Below, piece after piece: positions 33,347 through 49,351 of a stretch of 64,000 bases of DNA. The stretch lies in assembly GCF_009914755.1 (NCBI RefSeq), contig NC_060942.1, one strand, 5' to 3'. Made by a program: the position numbers and the translations under genes. Under the pieces are notes generated by a model. The model saw nothing but the letters and a program-made list of their open reading frames with translations, was not told the origin of the DNA and made no database searches. The stretch's first letter is position 1. Each line of letters begins with the position of its first letter. The stretch comes from the human T2T-CHM13v2.0 reference genome, Homo sapiens.

Positions 33347-33392
<46 letters not shown>
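33347..33392. repeat. (CA)n microsatellite
   Basis: ~23 CA units. Confidence 0.95.
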
Positions 33393-33395
<3 letters not shown>

Positions 33396-33789
33396 TAATC
33401 CTCAAATCTTTTAAGGATTAGGTGATCTTGGCCTAAATCCTACTTCTATGACCTGTGACGGCCAAAACCCTCCTCCATGTGTCCTGTAAATTTCCACGCA
33501 TACTTCCTCATGTTTGGGGCTGCCACATTGAGTTGTACAGACTCCCTGGCTAGAAGACCTTCTGTAATGCACAGCCTGCAATCTACAGGCACTCTGCCCT
33601 CAAAGCTATGCACCCTGCCATGAGGCTGCAATGCATGTTTTTCACACAAAGGTGTCACTCTGTCCCAAAGAGGTATCTCTTAAAAATTTGTACAAAAATG
33701 GCATGTCACGAGCAGTGGTTCTCCCTGTCTGCTCTCTTGCCACTGATCCTTGCCACAGCTCTCCCAGGACTGGTATCCACAAATCATTC

Positions 33790-34094
33790 TTTTATTTTAA
33801 ATTTTTAAATTTTTATTTTAGGTTCAGGGTACATTGCAGGTTGATTATACAGGTAAATTCATGCCACAGGGGTTTGTGGTACAGATTATTTTATCACCCA
33901 AGTACTAACTTCGTACCCAATAGTTATATTTTCTGCTCCTCTCCCTCCTCCCACCCTCCATCCTCAAGTAGACCCAGTGTCTCTTGCTGTCCCCCTCTTT
34001 GTGTTCATGTGTTCTCATCATTTAGCTCCCACTTGTAAGTGAGAACATGCAGTATTTGATTTTCTGTTCCTGCGTTAGTTTGCTAAGGATAATG
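33790..34094 (-). mobile_element. L1PA (older, about PA13-16) 3' end
   Basis: Reverse L1 3'UTR (tttagctcccacttgtaagtgagaacatgcagtatttg). Confidence 0.85.
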
Positions 34095-34775
34095 CACAAA
34101 CAATTTTTAAACCTAGTGAGATTACCAGAGGTTGCACAGAAATTGCATCATATACCATACAATTTCATCATCAAGTTTAGTTTTTCGTTCATGTTCTCTC
34201 CTTTCCAATGTCCTGAAATTCTTATACATGACTTTCCTACTGATATAAGCCATACTATCAACTCTATCTGTGCACCAAATTCTGGAGAATAAAATTTTCC
34301 CCATCTTCTTTCACTATTTTAAGTCTCAGGGCCTTTGAACATGCAGGCTCCTTATCCCTTTTTCAGAAATAAACTCTTGTCTATTTATCTTTCAAACACT
34401 ATTGCAAAATGAAAGAAATTGAATTATTAAAAAGTAAAGACCACAAATTCACCAGTCATTGTCTATCTCCCACAGACAGGCCTCTGTTCTCTCCTGCCTC
34501 TCCCCAACTGGATGATAGCTCTATAAGAGCACAGCCCTGACTACTTGCTCCTCCCACCCTGCATTTAATCACACACTCAAATGTTTGTTTTCTAAGCACT
34601 TTTCTCATAATCAGATATCCTAAGAGGATTGTAGTCAAATGACTATAATCAAGTTTAAATTCCTATCATTTTCCAAAAATCAATAACATTAAAAGTCTAA
34701 CAAATTCTGCTGGCTACCACTCTTTCTAGTGACTTAGACACAGGCTATAATGGAGTCTTTTTCTTTTTTGCATGA

Positions 34776-35183
<408 letters not shown>

Positions 35184-35602
35184 TAGTATCTTTTAGCAAG
35201 AACACTTTGATTTCTTCCTTCCTAATCCTTTGGTTGTGCTCACATTTACATCCACTGCCCTATTTTTCAGGGCTTTTGGTGGTGTTATGCTCCTTCTGAA
35301 TTTGATTTCTTTTTCATTTCTGGTTCCTTTCCAATTCCAAATTAAGAATGCCGCTAAGCAGCGAACATCATCTTGACAAGCTCAAAATGCAGTTACATTT
35401 TTGCATGGTTTATTAGATTGTGACCCATGAGATTAACCCAGAAATCATATAAAAACAATATTTTATTTTATTCCTTCTTTATAGGCTGCAGCAATTTATT
35501 TTTGATGTATTAACAAAAAAGTCTGTTTTCCTTGCACTGTTTGGTTCTTACCAGTTTCTTTCCAAAAGTAACATTCTTATCTAAATATAAAAATTATAAG
35601 TG

Positions 35603-35890
35603 GGCCAGGCACAATGGCCCATGCTTGTAATCCCAGCACTTTGGGAGTCTGAGGCGGGTGGATTACTTGAGCCTGGGAGTTCAAGACCAGCCTGGACAAC
35701 ATGGTGAAACCCTGTCTGTACAAAAACACGAAAATTAGCCAATCATGGTGGCACATGCCTTTAGTCCCAGCTACTCAGGAGGCCAACGTGGGAGGATGGC
35801 TTGAGAACAGGAAGTAGAGGCTGCAGTGAGCCAGGATCATGCTGCTGCACTCCAGCCCGGGCAATAGCGTGAGATTCCATCTTTAAATAT
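35603..35890 (+). mobile_element. AluJ
   Basis: Diverged Alu with J diagnostics. Confidence 0.9.
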
Positions 35891-36609
35891 ATACAAAAAT
35901 AAGTTACTTTCTAAATTTTATTACTGAGCACGGACCTTAAGCAGTTTATACACCTCATTTCATTAGGGCTTCATAATAGCAATACAAGGTCCCTACCATT
36001 ACAGGTTTGATGCTGCAGATGGAGAAATTGAGTTTCTGAGAGGTGAAGGGACTTGCCCAAACTTGTCCATTTAGAATGTGATGGATCCAGCATGCAAGCC
36101 TGCTAAGACAGTTTGAAGCCTCTGCCTTCCTGTACTTGGCCTTTTTTTAGTTAGTCTGGGAGAGGCACCTTCTAATTGATATCTATCTCAGACACCTCCT
36201 AAGGTCCAAATTCCTAAAGCAAAGTTAGGAGTTTAATCTTTTTCATAAAGATGAAACCGAATTTTTTTCAAGCAAGGATTCCCCAAACCAAATGCCTGTG
36301 GCAGCCAGGCAGGTAAAATACATGGGAAAGCAGGCAGAGTGCAAAGCAAAACAAAAGCAAAATAACCGCTGACAAGCTCGAGTTAATTGGTGCGTCACAG
36401 CATCGTTGGCCCGGCGTTGCCAGGTAGCCTATTATTTTCAAAAGAAAACAGAAATTCAAGTTTTCATTTGAAATCTCTCAATTATTAAATGTCAGCATCT
36501 AAATCAGATTTGTTTGTTTTTCCAACAGTGCAAACTAAATATGTCTATGAAGCCCACAAATTGCCAGCCAGTGAGTGGCTCTAGTATGGACTTGACCTTG
36601 GCCCATAAA

Positions 36610-36813
36610 GCACATGTCCAATATGGTAGCCATAGGCCACATGCAACTATTTAAATTTACATTTTAATTAAGTGTAAATAAAATTAAAAATTCAATTCTT
36701 CAGTTGCACTAGCCACATTTCTGGTGTTCAGTAGTCACACGTGATGTGTGGCAACTATAATGGACGATACAAAACATTTCCATCATTGCACAAAGTTCTA
36801 TCAGACAGCACTG
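36610..36813. mobile_element. MER3-like hAT MITE
   Basis: Motifs tgtccaatatggtagcc...ctagccacattt...aaagttctatcagacagcactg. Confidence 0.75.
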
Positions 36814-37679
36814 AACTGGAGCAACAAAAAAATCAGAGCTGCTTTTTTGTCCTCCATCATGATCACCAGCTTGCACTAGAACGCTAAAGTTACTGCTCCC
36901 CCAGGACCACTCCAGACCCTTCTCTTTCATCTGAACAGACAGAGGTTGCACAGACAATCCCACCTACTCCCCTGGGGCCTGACATGAAGCCAGGTGGGGA
37001 TGCACAGATGGGCAAGCCTGGGAAGAAGGCAAAGTGTGTCTTTAGCATTTCCCAGTCCCTGCTTTGGGACTCTGGGACTTACAGTCAGGCCACCACCCTC
37101 CCCTCTCTACAGAGACCAGAGCCTAATAATCTCTTTGCCCACTCTGGAAAACTTATGTCTAGGTCATTCAACTACAGTAAAGCGCAAATAATGGATATGT
37201 ACCTGAAGTTTCTACCCCTGCCTTGGAAGTTGATATTTACAATGTAGAAAATTCTAAGAGTAAGATGTCAGGCCTAGGGGAGATGGTGAAGCAGGGTTTT
37301 ATATTCTCATAGCAGAAGACCACGATCATCTCCCTGAAGCATCTGAAATCTTACCTTGTAGGCTGTCAGCTCATTTCCCTGGCTCTATGGCAGGCCCTAC
37401 TCAGGATCTGGGTCAGTAGTCTCAAAAGCAGGTTGCTCATGAGGATCACCTCCATAGGCTTGCCAGCTTTAACAAGTGAAAATACAAGATTCCCAGTTAA
37501 ATCTGAGCTTGAGTTTCAGATAAACAATGAATTTGTTTATTATAAGTATGTCCAGTATGCTATGCAATGTGTATTTTATCGGAAATTTTACACCTATGGC
37601 CCTTTTTATAAAGATACTTTCTTGCTGGACCCACAGATTCTCAAGCTCACTCAGGTTTAGGAAGCCTGATCATATTTAA

Positions 37680-38060
<381 letters not shown>

Positions 38061-38070
38061 GGAACTGTCT

Positions 38071-38377
<307 letters not shown>

Positions 38378-39349
38378 AGGAACTGTCTTTTTTAATGAAA
38401 TCACAGTTTCCTGTAGTGGAACATCAAGCTACTCATGACTATTACCTTCATTATGTCATCTGATCATCTCAACAACCTGGTAGAGTAAAACAGGCAAAAA
38501 GTATCCTTACCTTGTCAATGAGAAAACTGAGGCTTAGATACTTAAAATTTTCAGGTAAAACTCTAATAAATGGCATACCTAGGACCCAAACTCAGGTCTT
38601 CTGGGTTCCCATTTCAATATTTATTGAACTATTCAGTGCTGTGAGTGAAAGGGGATGGCAATGATGAGGGAGAGAAAAAGAGAAGAGAATTTTTTGTTAA
38701 AAGTATGGCTACCTCACCAATTACAACCCTTTTGATTCACACCTTTCCAGCCCACCAATCAATTCTAAAGCAGAAGGAGAAGACTAGGGATCCAGAATTC
38801 AAAAAGTCCCACATCTCCAGGGATCAAGGAGTCTGAGAGAAAGTTCAAACTGGATAATGCAATCAAAATAATCTGGAAATTGGCTTCTGGACTGGTTATG
38901 GCAGTGACAACAGAGAATGTCTGAAAGAACTGTTGTTAAACTATGTAATGAGATACTATACCTGTAATTTACCTCCACCACCTAGTTCATACCCTGGAAT
39001 TTTCTTACAGTAACGTAATGAGTAAGCTCTGTGCCTCATCTAACTCCACGTGCTACACTGCAGTGAACAGGGTCAGAGAAAGGTAACCACTATAAAAGGA
39101 GTGGAAGTAGAGAGAAACCATAGACGTAGGTTCTAAGGTCCAGAGGGCAGATAACTAACTAGCCTGCCCCACTTGAATGCCTGGGGGTGGTGGCAGAAGT
39201 TGACCTACCCTGGAACTCATCTCCATAAGCTCTTTGCTGTTGAGAGCAATCTCTTGGAGGTACCCCAAGTCATCACACATCCACAATTACATGGGGCATT
39301 AATGTGCTAACAGAAAAGATTCATTCAACTTTAAGAAATAAAATTAGTA

Positions 39350-39658
39350 GGCCGGGTGCCACTCACGCCTGTAATCCCAGCACTTTGGGAGGCCGAGGCA
39401 GGTGGATCACTTGAGGTCAGGAGTTAGAGACCAGCCCGGCCAACATGGTGAAACCCCACCTCCACTAAAATCACAAAAATTAGCCGAGCGTGTGGTGGGC
39501 GCCTGTAATCCCAGCTACTTGGGAAGCTGAGGCAGGAGAATCGCTTGAATCTGGGGGTGGGGCGGAGGTTGCAGTGAGCGGATATCGTGCCACTACACTC
39601 CAGCCTGGACGACAGAGTGAGACTCTATCTCAAAAAAAGAAAGAAAGAAAGAAAGAAA
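39350..39658 (+). mobile_element. AluS
   Basis: Alu consensus with a (GAAA)n tail. Confidence 0.93.
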
Positions 39659-40131
39659 TGTTTATAGCAGTTTTATTCAAAATAAGCAAAAAATGGAAAT
39701 AATCCAAATGTTCAACATAGAAGAATGGATAAATTATGATATTTATATACAAAAGAATACTACTTAATCAATTATACCTTAATGAAGCTGTTAAAAAATA
39801 AAGAATAAACAAAAGAATACTATTTAGCAATAAACTCAAGAAATTAAAATAGCAGTTGTCTCTTTGAATGAAAGGTACCTTATGGAATTGACTGAAAAGA
39901 GGCACAAGGGGAGTTTCTGGGTGCTGCAAATGTCTATATTTTGATTTGGGTGATGGCGACTTGAGTATGTATACTTGTGAAAACTTATCAAATTGCATTT
40001 TCTGCATATAAAACATATACCTCAATAAAGGAAATAAATGGCTAGTTAAAAAATAATAAAATTACAATATATTCATACAATGAAATAAATTATGATGTAG
40101 ATCTATATTTATTGACATAGAAAGATGCCTA

Positions 40132-40621
<490 letters not shown>

Positions 40622-40703
40622 TCATTAAGATAGTTCCACATTTTTTAAAAGCACAACATTAAAGCATTGCAACAACATCAAAATAAGACCAAGGTCTAAA
40701 TTT

Positions 40704-40907
40704 GTGTTTCTCAACAGAGGTGATTTGTCCCCCAGGGGACATTTGGCAATGTCTGGAGATATTTTTGGTTGTCTCAACTAGGAGGGAGTGATAGCAACAT
40801 TTAGGGTAGAGGCCAGGGATGCTGCTGAACATCTTACAATGCACAGGACAGCTCCAACAACAGCCATCTGTACTAAAATGTTTATAGTGCCAAGGTTAAG
40901 AAACCCA
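40704..40907 (+). mobile_element. MER20 hAT MITE
   Basis: MER20-like consensus: ccaggggacatttggcaatgtctggaga...gggtagaggccagggatgctgctgaacatcttacaatgcacaggacagc. Confidence 0.85.
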
Positions 40908-41423
40908 GGTCTATCTAAATGGATGCAAGATAGGGCCTGTTTATAAGACAGTGTTGACTTATTTCTTTTATTTCAAACAGTTCAGAAGTTGCCTGTCATT
41001 CAGAATCTCCATAAATCCCAGTGGCAACCAGCCTTCTCCTGCACCTAACACAACGCTCTCCACATATCTGGAGGGCTGGTGCTTGGAGAATCAGTTGTGC
41101 AGAGTCACTAAGAGCCAGCCCCGACTTCCATATCAGAAAAGAATATTTATAGAGGCAGAAACCTCTGAACTGGCCATGAAGAGCCAAAAGGGAGGGTGTG
41201 ATATTCCACCCCCTGCCTCCTCTCCACTCCTGAGAGAAGAAGCCGCTACCAGGAAGGGCACTGATTCCTGGAATGACCAACTCCATCACATTAACCTCCT
41301 TATGGGCCCTCATAACCAACTGCTTCCTAGAAAAGAGATTGACATGTTGGGTTTTTGATAGCATAAGTAGCATTTTTTGAATCCTCAGCAAGAAGCTACC
41401 AAGATAGATAAAAGTTTTTTGGG

Positions 41424-41665
41424 GAATGTGAGGGTTATCTGGCTGTGACATATGTCACCCCATTAATGGCCAGGATTGATTTGGCTGACCTGGCTGGCTA
41501 GGTGGGTGTCCTCTTCCTCCCTCACCCCTACATGTGCGTCCCTCCTGAAGCTGCATGCTCGTTCCAAGAGGATGACCATCCCCAATAGAGGAGGACCGGT
41601 CTTTGGTCAAGGGTATACAAATAGCTGCACTCCCCTGCTAGAACCTCCAAACAAGCTCTCAAGGT
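41424..41665 (+). pseudogene. 7SK snRNA retropseudogene (RN7SK pseudogene), 3'-truncated and tailless
   Basis: Colinear with recalled 7SK nt 1 to ~242 (GGATGTGAGGG...CTAGAACCTCCAAACAAGCTCTCAAGGT) with CpG decay. Flanked by a 14-bp direct repeat AAAAGTTTTTTGGG / AAGAGTTTTTTGGA; no poly(A). Confidence 0.95.
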
Positions 41666-42045
41666 AAGAGTTTTTTGGAGAGATAAATAGTTTTCTGCAT
41701 TCTTTAAATTCCAATCGGTATATCAAGATTTAGACCTTGCTGACTTCACCATTAAGCCAGGAATAGGGAGAACTCAGGCTATGCTGTAAGGGAGACCTCT
41801 GCCATGTGGGAAGGGTAGAGCTGACATACTCCATTCCCAGAGCAGGGGGCAAGGAGAAAAGAGATGGGGGAGCAAAAAGAGGCAACTCATCTGGCAACCT
41901 GCTCCAGACCAAATTCCCGGAGGGGAAAAATCAATGGACACATCTAGGCAAATATGAAGGAAGCTTGGGGCTAGTTGTTTTCTTCACCCTGTAAAACCTA
42001 AGGGAGCTGAGAGCCTCCAGAAAAAGATCATGCCCTGTCTGATGG

Positions 42046-42777
42046 TATAACCACCCAATCTGTTCACCTTGCCCGCTGCCTAGACAGAGCCAATTTACCA
42101 AGACAGGGGGATTTCAATAGAGAAAGAGTAATTCATGCAGAGCCAGCTGTGCAGGAGACCAGAGTTTTATTATTACTGAAATTAGTCTCCCTGAGCATTC
42201 TGGGATTAGAGTTTTTAAAGATAATTTGGCGAGTAGGGGTAGGGTAAGTGGGGAGTGCCGTTTGATCAGGTAGGAGATGGAATCATAGCGGATCAAAGTG
42301 AGTTTCTCTTGCCGTCCTCTGCTCCTGGATAGATGTGGCAGAACTGGTCGAGCCAGATTACCAGTCTGGGTGGTGTCAGCTGATCCATCAAGTGCAGGGT
42401 CTGCAAAATATCTCAAGCACTGATCTTTGGTTTTACAGTAGTGATGTTATCTCCAGGAGCAATGTGGGGAGGTTCAGACTCTTGGAGCCAGAGGCTGCAT
42501 GACTCCTAAACTGTAATTTCTAAACTTGTAGCTAATTTGTTAGTCCTGCAAAGGCAGACTGGTCCCCAGGCAAGAAGGGGGTCTTTTCAGAAAAGGGCTG
42601 TTATTAATTTTGTTTTAAAGTCAAACCATGAACTGAATTTCTTCTTAAAGTTAGTTTGGCCTATGCCCAGGAATGAACAAGGACAGCTTAAAGGTTAGAA
42701 GCAAGATGGAGTTGCTTAGGTCTAATTTCTTTCACTGTCATAATTTCTTCAGTTATAATTTTGCAAAGGTGGTTTCA
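42046..42777 (-). mobile_element. LTR8 (HUERS-P1) solo LTR
   Basis: Minus strand starts TGAAACCACCTTTGCAAAATTATAACTGAAGAAATTATGACAGTGAAAG and ends ...GGTGAACAGATTGGGTGGTTATA, as in recalled LTR8. Confidence 0.85.
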
Positions 42778-43307
42778 ATAAGAAGAAAGACAGGTGGATG
42801 AACCTGAAATACCGCTCCTAGTCCCTCACTTCTGAGCAGAGTGTGCTGTGGATCCAGACACTGGTGTGTTCCCTGGGAAGGGGCAAAGAGGTGCTGAGAT
42901 TACCAGCAGGCTCCCTGAGGCCTGGGCTGGAGAGATGTCAAGGACTGCAAAATTGTGGGCAAATGGCAGGACTTCAGCTATGGGTGCCATCGTGATATCC
43001 AACACCACAAGGTACAACTAATCAGTAGCGCTTCAAAGGACACCAGACCTGGAGCAGGAACCAGGGAGTTCCCAAAAGGACTGACGCCCACCCATGTGGA
43101 GTAGAGGTCCCTCAATTCCCTGTCCCCAAGAGGCCCCTTGAACGGGGGAAAGAAATTTGAAGATGGAACATTGACCTGAATGAGACTGTGTGGATTGAAA
43201 TGGAATGAAATAATGTGAATTGGCACGTGTGTCACCCTGCTCACCTTGGCATGTGTGTCACCCTGCTCACCACCCATGCCATAGGGTCCTCATGACCAGA
43301 GTTAGGC

Positions 43308-43695
43308 CTGTCAAGCTAAATAACAAACAGAAAGAGACCCTTCAAAGATAATAAGCTTATTTGGGTGTGCACAGAAGATTTGCAAATCTGGGATATGCAG
43401 GCTTTGGAGACCGTAGGCACATCCAAAGTGGCTGAGGCAGGGGGAAGTGTTTAAAGGCAAAAGGGAGAAGTATACATCATTTGTTTTCAAACAGAGAATG
43501 TTGGTTACAGGGGATCATCACAGGAGTTGACACTGGTTCATTCGTGGAGACAGTGTGTCAGGCAAGTGTTCTTGTGCATTCTGCTTGCTGTCCTTGTGAC
43601 TCATGTAGCAAGCTGCACTTTAGGAAGTTCTTGGCAGAAGTTCTTGTTACAGGCGTATGTGCATGAGAGTCCTTCAGAAAGTCTTTGTAACAGCT
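43308..43695 (-). mobile_element. Probable ERV1 LTR fragment (subfamily unresolved)
   Basis: LTR-like motif order (cttatttggg...ttgcaaatctggga...gtcaggcaagtgttcttg...aagttcttg); weak recall only. Confidence 0.4.
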
Positions 43696-43700
43696 TATGT

Positions 43701-43872
43701 CCACCGGGGCCTGTCGGGGGGTGGGGGGCTGGGTGGGGGATAGCATTAGGAGAAATACCTAATATAAATGACGAGTTGATGGGTGAAGCAAGCCAACATG
43801 GCACATGTATACCTATGCATCAAACCTGCACGTTGTGCACATGTACCCTAGAACTTAAAGTATAAAAAAAAA
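43701..43872 (+). mobile_element. Young L1PA 3' terminal fragment
   Basis: ggggcctgtcgggggg...gatagcattaggagaaatacctaat...gtaccctagaacttaaagtataaaaaaaaa. Confidence 0.9.
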
Positions 43873-44002
43873 CCAACAAAAGTGGATGTCAGCAACTTCA
43901 TGTTAAACATCTGTGTTACATTTCCATAGTAGAATGCCTAACATATACATTATAAACCATCATGAATCAAAACTGTAAAAAATAAAAACTTACAAAAAAA
44001 AT

Positions 44003-44483
44003 AATGTGTGTCAACTTGACTAGGCAAGGGTGTGCAGTTGTCTGGTTAAACACTAGTCTAGGCATTGCCATGAAGATATTTTGTAGATGTGGTTAACATC
44101 TTTAAGCAGTTGACGCTAAGTAAAGCAGGCTACCCTTGATAATGTCGATAGGTCTTATCCAATCAGTTAAAGGTCTTAAGAACAAAGACGAAGGTTTCCC
44201 AGAGTAGAAGGAATTTACCTCCAGGCTGAAACATAGGTGTCTTTCCTGAGTTCCAGCCTGCTAGCCTGCCCTACAAATTTCAGACTCAAGACTACAACAA
44301 TAACTCTTGCCTGAGTTTCTAACTTGGCATCCTGCCTTACAGATTTCAGATTTATCATCCCTCACAATTGTGTAAGCCAATTCTCTTTCTTTCTCTCTCT
44401 CTCTCTCTCTCTCTGTGTGTATGTGTGTGTGTGTGTATGTGTGTATGTGGGTTCTGTTTCTCTGGAGAGCCCTGATTGATACA
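44003..44483 (+). mobile_element. MLT2B-like (ERVL) LTR with internal (TC)/(TG) repeat
   Basis: tgtcaacttgactagg...ccaatcagttaaaggtcttaag...ggttctgtttctctggagagccctgattgataca. Confidence 0.85.
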
Positions 44484-45081
44484 CTTGGCAGTATCTATCA
44501 AGTTGCAAACTCACATACCCTTCGAACTAGGAATTCTACACTAGGAATTCCACCCTCAGATGTACTCATGCATAAGTGAAATTATGCATACACAAGATTC
44601 TGTAGTACTGAAGAAATAATTAAATGCCCTTTACTGAAGTATTTAAAAATTATGGTATACACATAGCTAGAATAATTTGCAACCATAAACAAAAAAAAGC
44701 TTCCTGTATTCTTTTATAGAATCTCATCCAAGATAATATTAAGTGAAACCAAGATACAGAATTGAGTATATGGATACTACCATTCATATAGAAGGAGGAA
44801 GGAGCAAGGGTATTGTATACACAACACACACACACATACACACGTATTCTCTGGAAGAATACATAAGGAATTGGTAATATTGGGTAATATTGATTCTGGA
44901 GAATAAGAATATATTTTTGTAACTTTAGAGCTTGGTACCATATATCATGAAAACAAATCAATTGTGAGTGGAATTAAAAGGCACACCACATAACATTTAT
45001 AAGGAAAGGATGCAGAATCCTGGGTGGCTGCTCACATTACAATGAGTCTTCCTCAGTAGTGCTCTCAGGTTTGTGATTGTT

Positions 45082-45098
45082 CTGCCCCCTAGAGGCGG
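45082..45098 (-). promoter_or_regulatory. CTCF motif (candidate)
   Basis: Minus strand CCGCCTCTAGGGGGCAG matches the CTCF core consensus. Confidence 0.6.
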
Positions 45099-46325
45099 CT
45101 TTGAGAAGTGCTTGAGATGAACGTCTCTGTGACTCCCTCATCAGCAGGCTCAGCTTAGCCTAGGAGCACAGGCCTGAAGTGGGTGCTCACAGGATGGTTT
45201 TCCTCTGCCTACTTGCCTTCATTTCATCTGGCAACAGTGGTTCCGGTAATGTTGGCAGTCAGTGGCTATCACGGTGGGAAGAATCAGAACTTGAATAAAC
45301 CACAGCGCTACTATGATCCCGTTCTTAGTGGCAGAATCACACACAATAAAAGAGAATTTGAGGTCTTCAATCACTAATGAAATACCAAGACCTCTTTATT
45401 ACTCAATTTGGGTCAAAAAATATCAGCTAGAAAAGGAAGTTGGGAATGATTATTCACGTTTATGAGTGTAGCCTCTGACATATAAATGAATTACATACTA
45501 ATCATGAGGTTGGATTTTAAATCTTGGCATACTCAAAATGTACAGAAAAGACATGTTTTCACTGCAGGCTGCAGCTGAATAATGAAATATGAAAACTACA
45601 TTTTTGAACTATTTAATTTTTTGAAATTTAAACATATAATTTAGCAATATAGCATACATATTTCCACCATCACACAATGTTAATGTTTTTCTTATTGGCT
45701 TCTAATTTCTTTTTTAATTATTGTTTTATAATAGATCCCTTTTATTGAAAGCTCACTGTTTGCAAAGCAGTCTACATTCATTATCCCATGAAATCCTCAA
45801 ACAACCCTAAAAGGTAGGTGTCAGTACCACCGCACTTTGTGATTGTACCAGACAATCAGTAATAAGATAGGTAAGAATGGCTATGGGGGAAGTCAGCTGG
45901 GTTCTAGTTATAGTCGCATTTCAGAAAATTATTTAACATGCTGACTTTAACAACCTAAGCGTCTTCTCCCTGTGTGCACACAGGGTAGACCTCTGAAGAG
46001 TGGCGCTGTAGCTTCTAGGGTAAAGGCTGTGTTAAGTCAAGGCAGGATGACAGTTCAGCTTCCTCCCAGGCTAGTGCAAAGAGCTATTCACTAGGATTAA
46101 AGGCCTTCTCTCTCCCAGACTGAATTGCTCACCCCCCAAAACCCCTCCTACAGAAAATTTGGAGTCCTCGTTTATTCCCCGGCAGCCCCTGCCTAATAGG
46201 GTGGTGAATTAATTACCAAACATGCAACAAAGGATATCAAAGGTTTGGCGAAAATGGCAACATTTTGGAATAAATGACCGTAATGTGTGCTCTGCCTGCC
46301 ACCCTAACTGGCGCACATTTTGCAG

Positions 46326-46427
46326 GTCAGTTGCTTTCCCTATGGCCAAGAGGAGGAAAAGCATCTCTCGGATTTCAGCTTGGAGGAGGAAGAGTTCAGG
46401 CTGCCAGAACTGGACTGGCACTTCTGA
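46326..46427 (+). pseudogene. RDM1: RDM1 last-exon fragment with its splice acceptor
   Basis: Branch point CCCTAAC (46302-46308) and acceptor TTTTGCAG, then VSCFPYGQEEEKHLSDFSLEEEEFRLPELD. This matches the recalled RDM1 C-terminus VPCSPWKQYGQEEEGYLSDFSLEEEEFRLPELD; the stop has become TGG. Confidence 0.85.
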
Positions 46428-46519
46428 ATATCCCGAGGCAAGGTCCCATAACTTCCTTGGGAAGCTCTGCCGCACCTCCAACCCACCCCACCCCACCCCA
46501 CCCCACCAGGCTGCTGGAG

Positions 46520-46757
46520 TCTTGGGACCGCAGACCCCGCGGCCCAAATTCTTCCTCGCAGAGGGGAGGGGAGGGGTGTTCCGGCCGGGCAGGGCGGAAG
46601 GGAGGTTTGGGCTGGATTGTGGGATAAGATTGCCCTGGTGACGCGGAGCGGATCTGGACCCGAGCCTAATAAAGGCTGCGTAAATAAAGGTGTAGTTAAT
46701 AAAGGACGGGATGGGGCGCGCGGTTGCCAGGGGCGCCAGCGTCTCGGGGCTGCCCTA

Positions 46758-46760
<3 letters not shown>
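46520..46760. promoter_or_regulatory. CpG-rich LRRC37-type promoter region carried inside the retrocopy
   Basis: CpG-dense, with GC-box/ETS-like GGGCGGAAG, X-box-like motifs and three AATAAAG at 15-bp spacing, directly upstream of the LRRC37 ATG. Confidence 0.55.
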
Positions 46761-48305
<1,545 letters not shown>

Positions 48306-48384
48306 ATTCAAAGTAATTAACTGGTATTATCTGTCCAAGAGATTGGATGGATAGGAAGTTAAACTTCTGGGAGATGCCTCATTA

Positions 48385-48991
<607 letters not shown>

Positions 48992-49056
48992 GCTTCTAAT
49001 TTATTTTTTTTAATTAAGATGCATTGGTTTTTTGCTGATCAAAAATTCTGACATAT

Positions 49057-49351
49057 GGCCGGGCGTGGTGGCTCACGCCTGTAATCCCAGCACTTTGGGA
49101 GGCCGAGATGGGCGGATCACGAGGTCAGGAGATTGAGACCATCCTGGCTAACACGGTGAAACCCCATCTCTACTAAAAATACAAAAAATCAGCCGGGCAT
49201 GTTGGCGGGCGTCTGTAGTCCCAGCTACTCGGGAGGCTGAGGCAGGAGAATGGCGTGAACCCGGGAGGCGGAGGTTGCAGTGAGCGAGATCGCACCACTG
49301 CACTCCAGCCTGGGCGACAGAGCGAGACTCCGTCTCAAAAAAAAAAAAAAA
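49057..49351 (+). mobile_element. AluY (young)
   Basis: Y diagnostics (accatcctggctaacacgg, gaatggcgtgaacccggg), many intact CpGs, pure A-tail, perfect TSD AAAAATTCTGACATAT. Confidence 0.96.

Noticed and set aside
43220-43271. 26-bp direct tandem duplication TTGGCA(C/T)GTGTGTCACCCTGCTCACC
   Set aside because: Real, but only a two-copy slippage duplication with no evidence of function.
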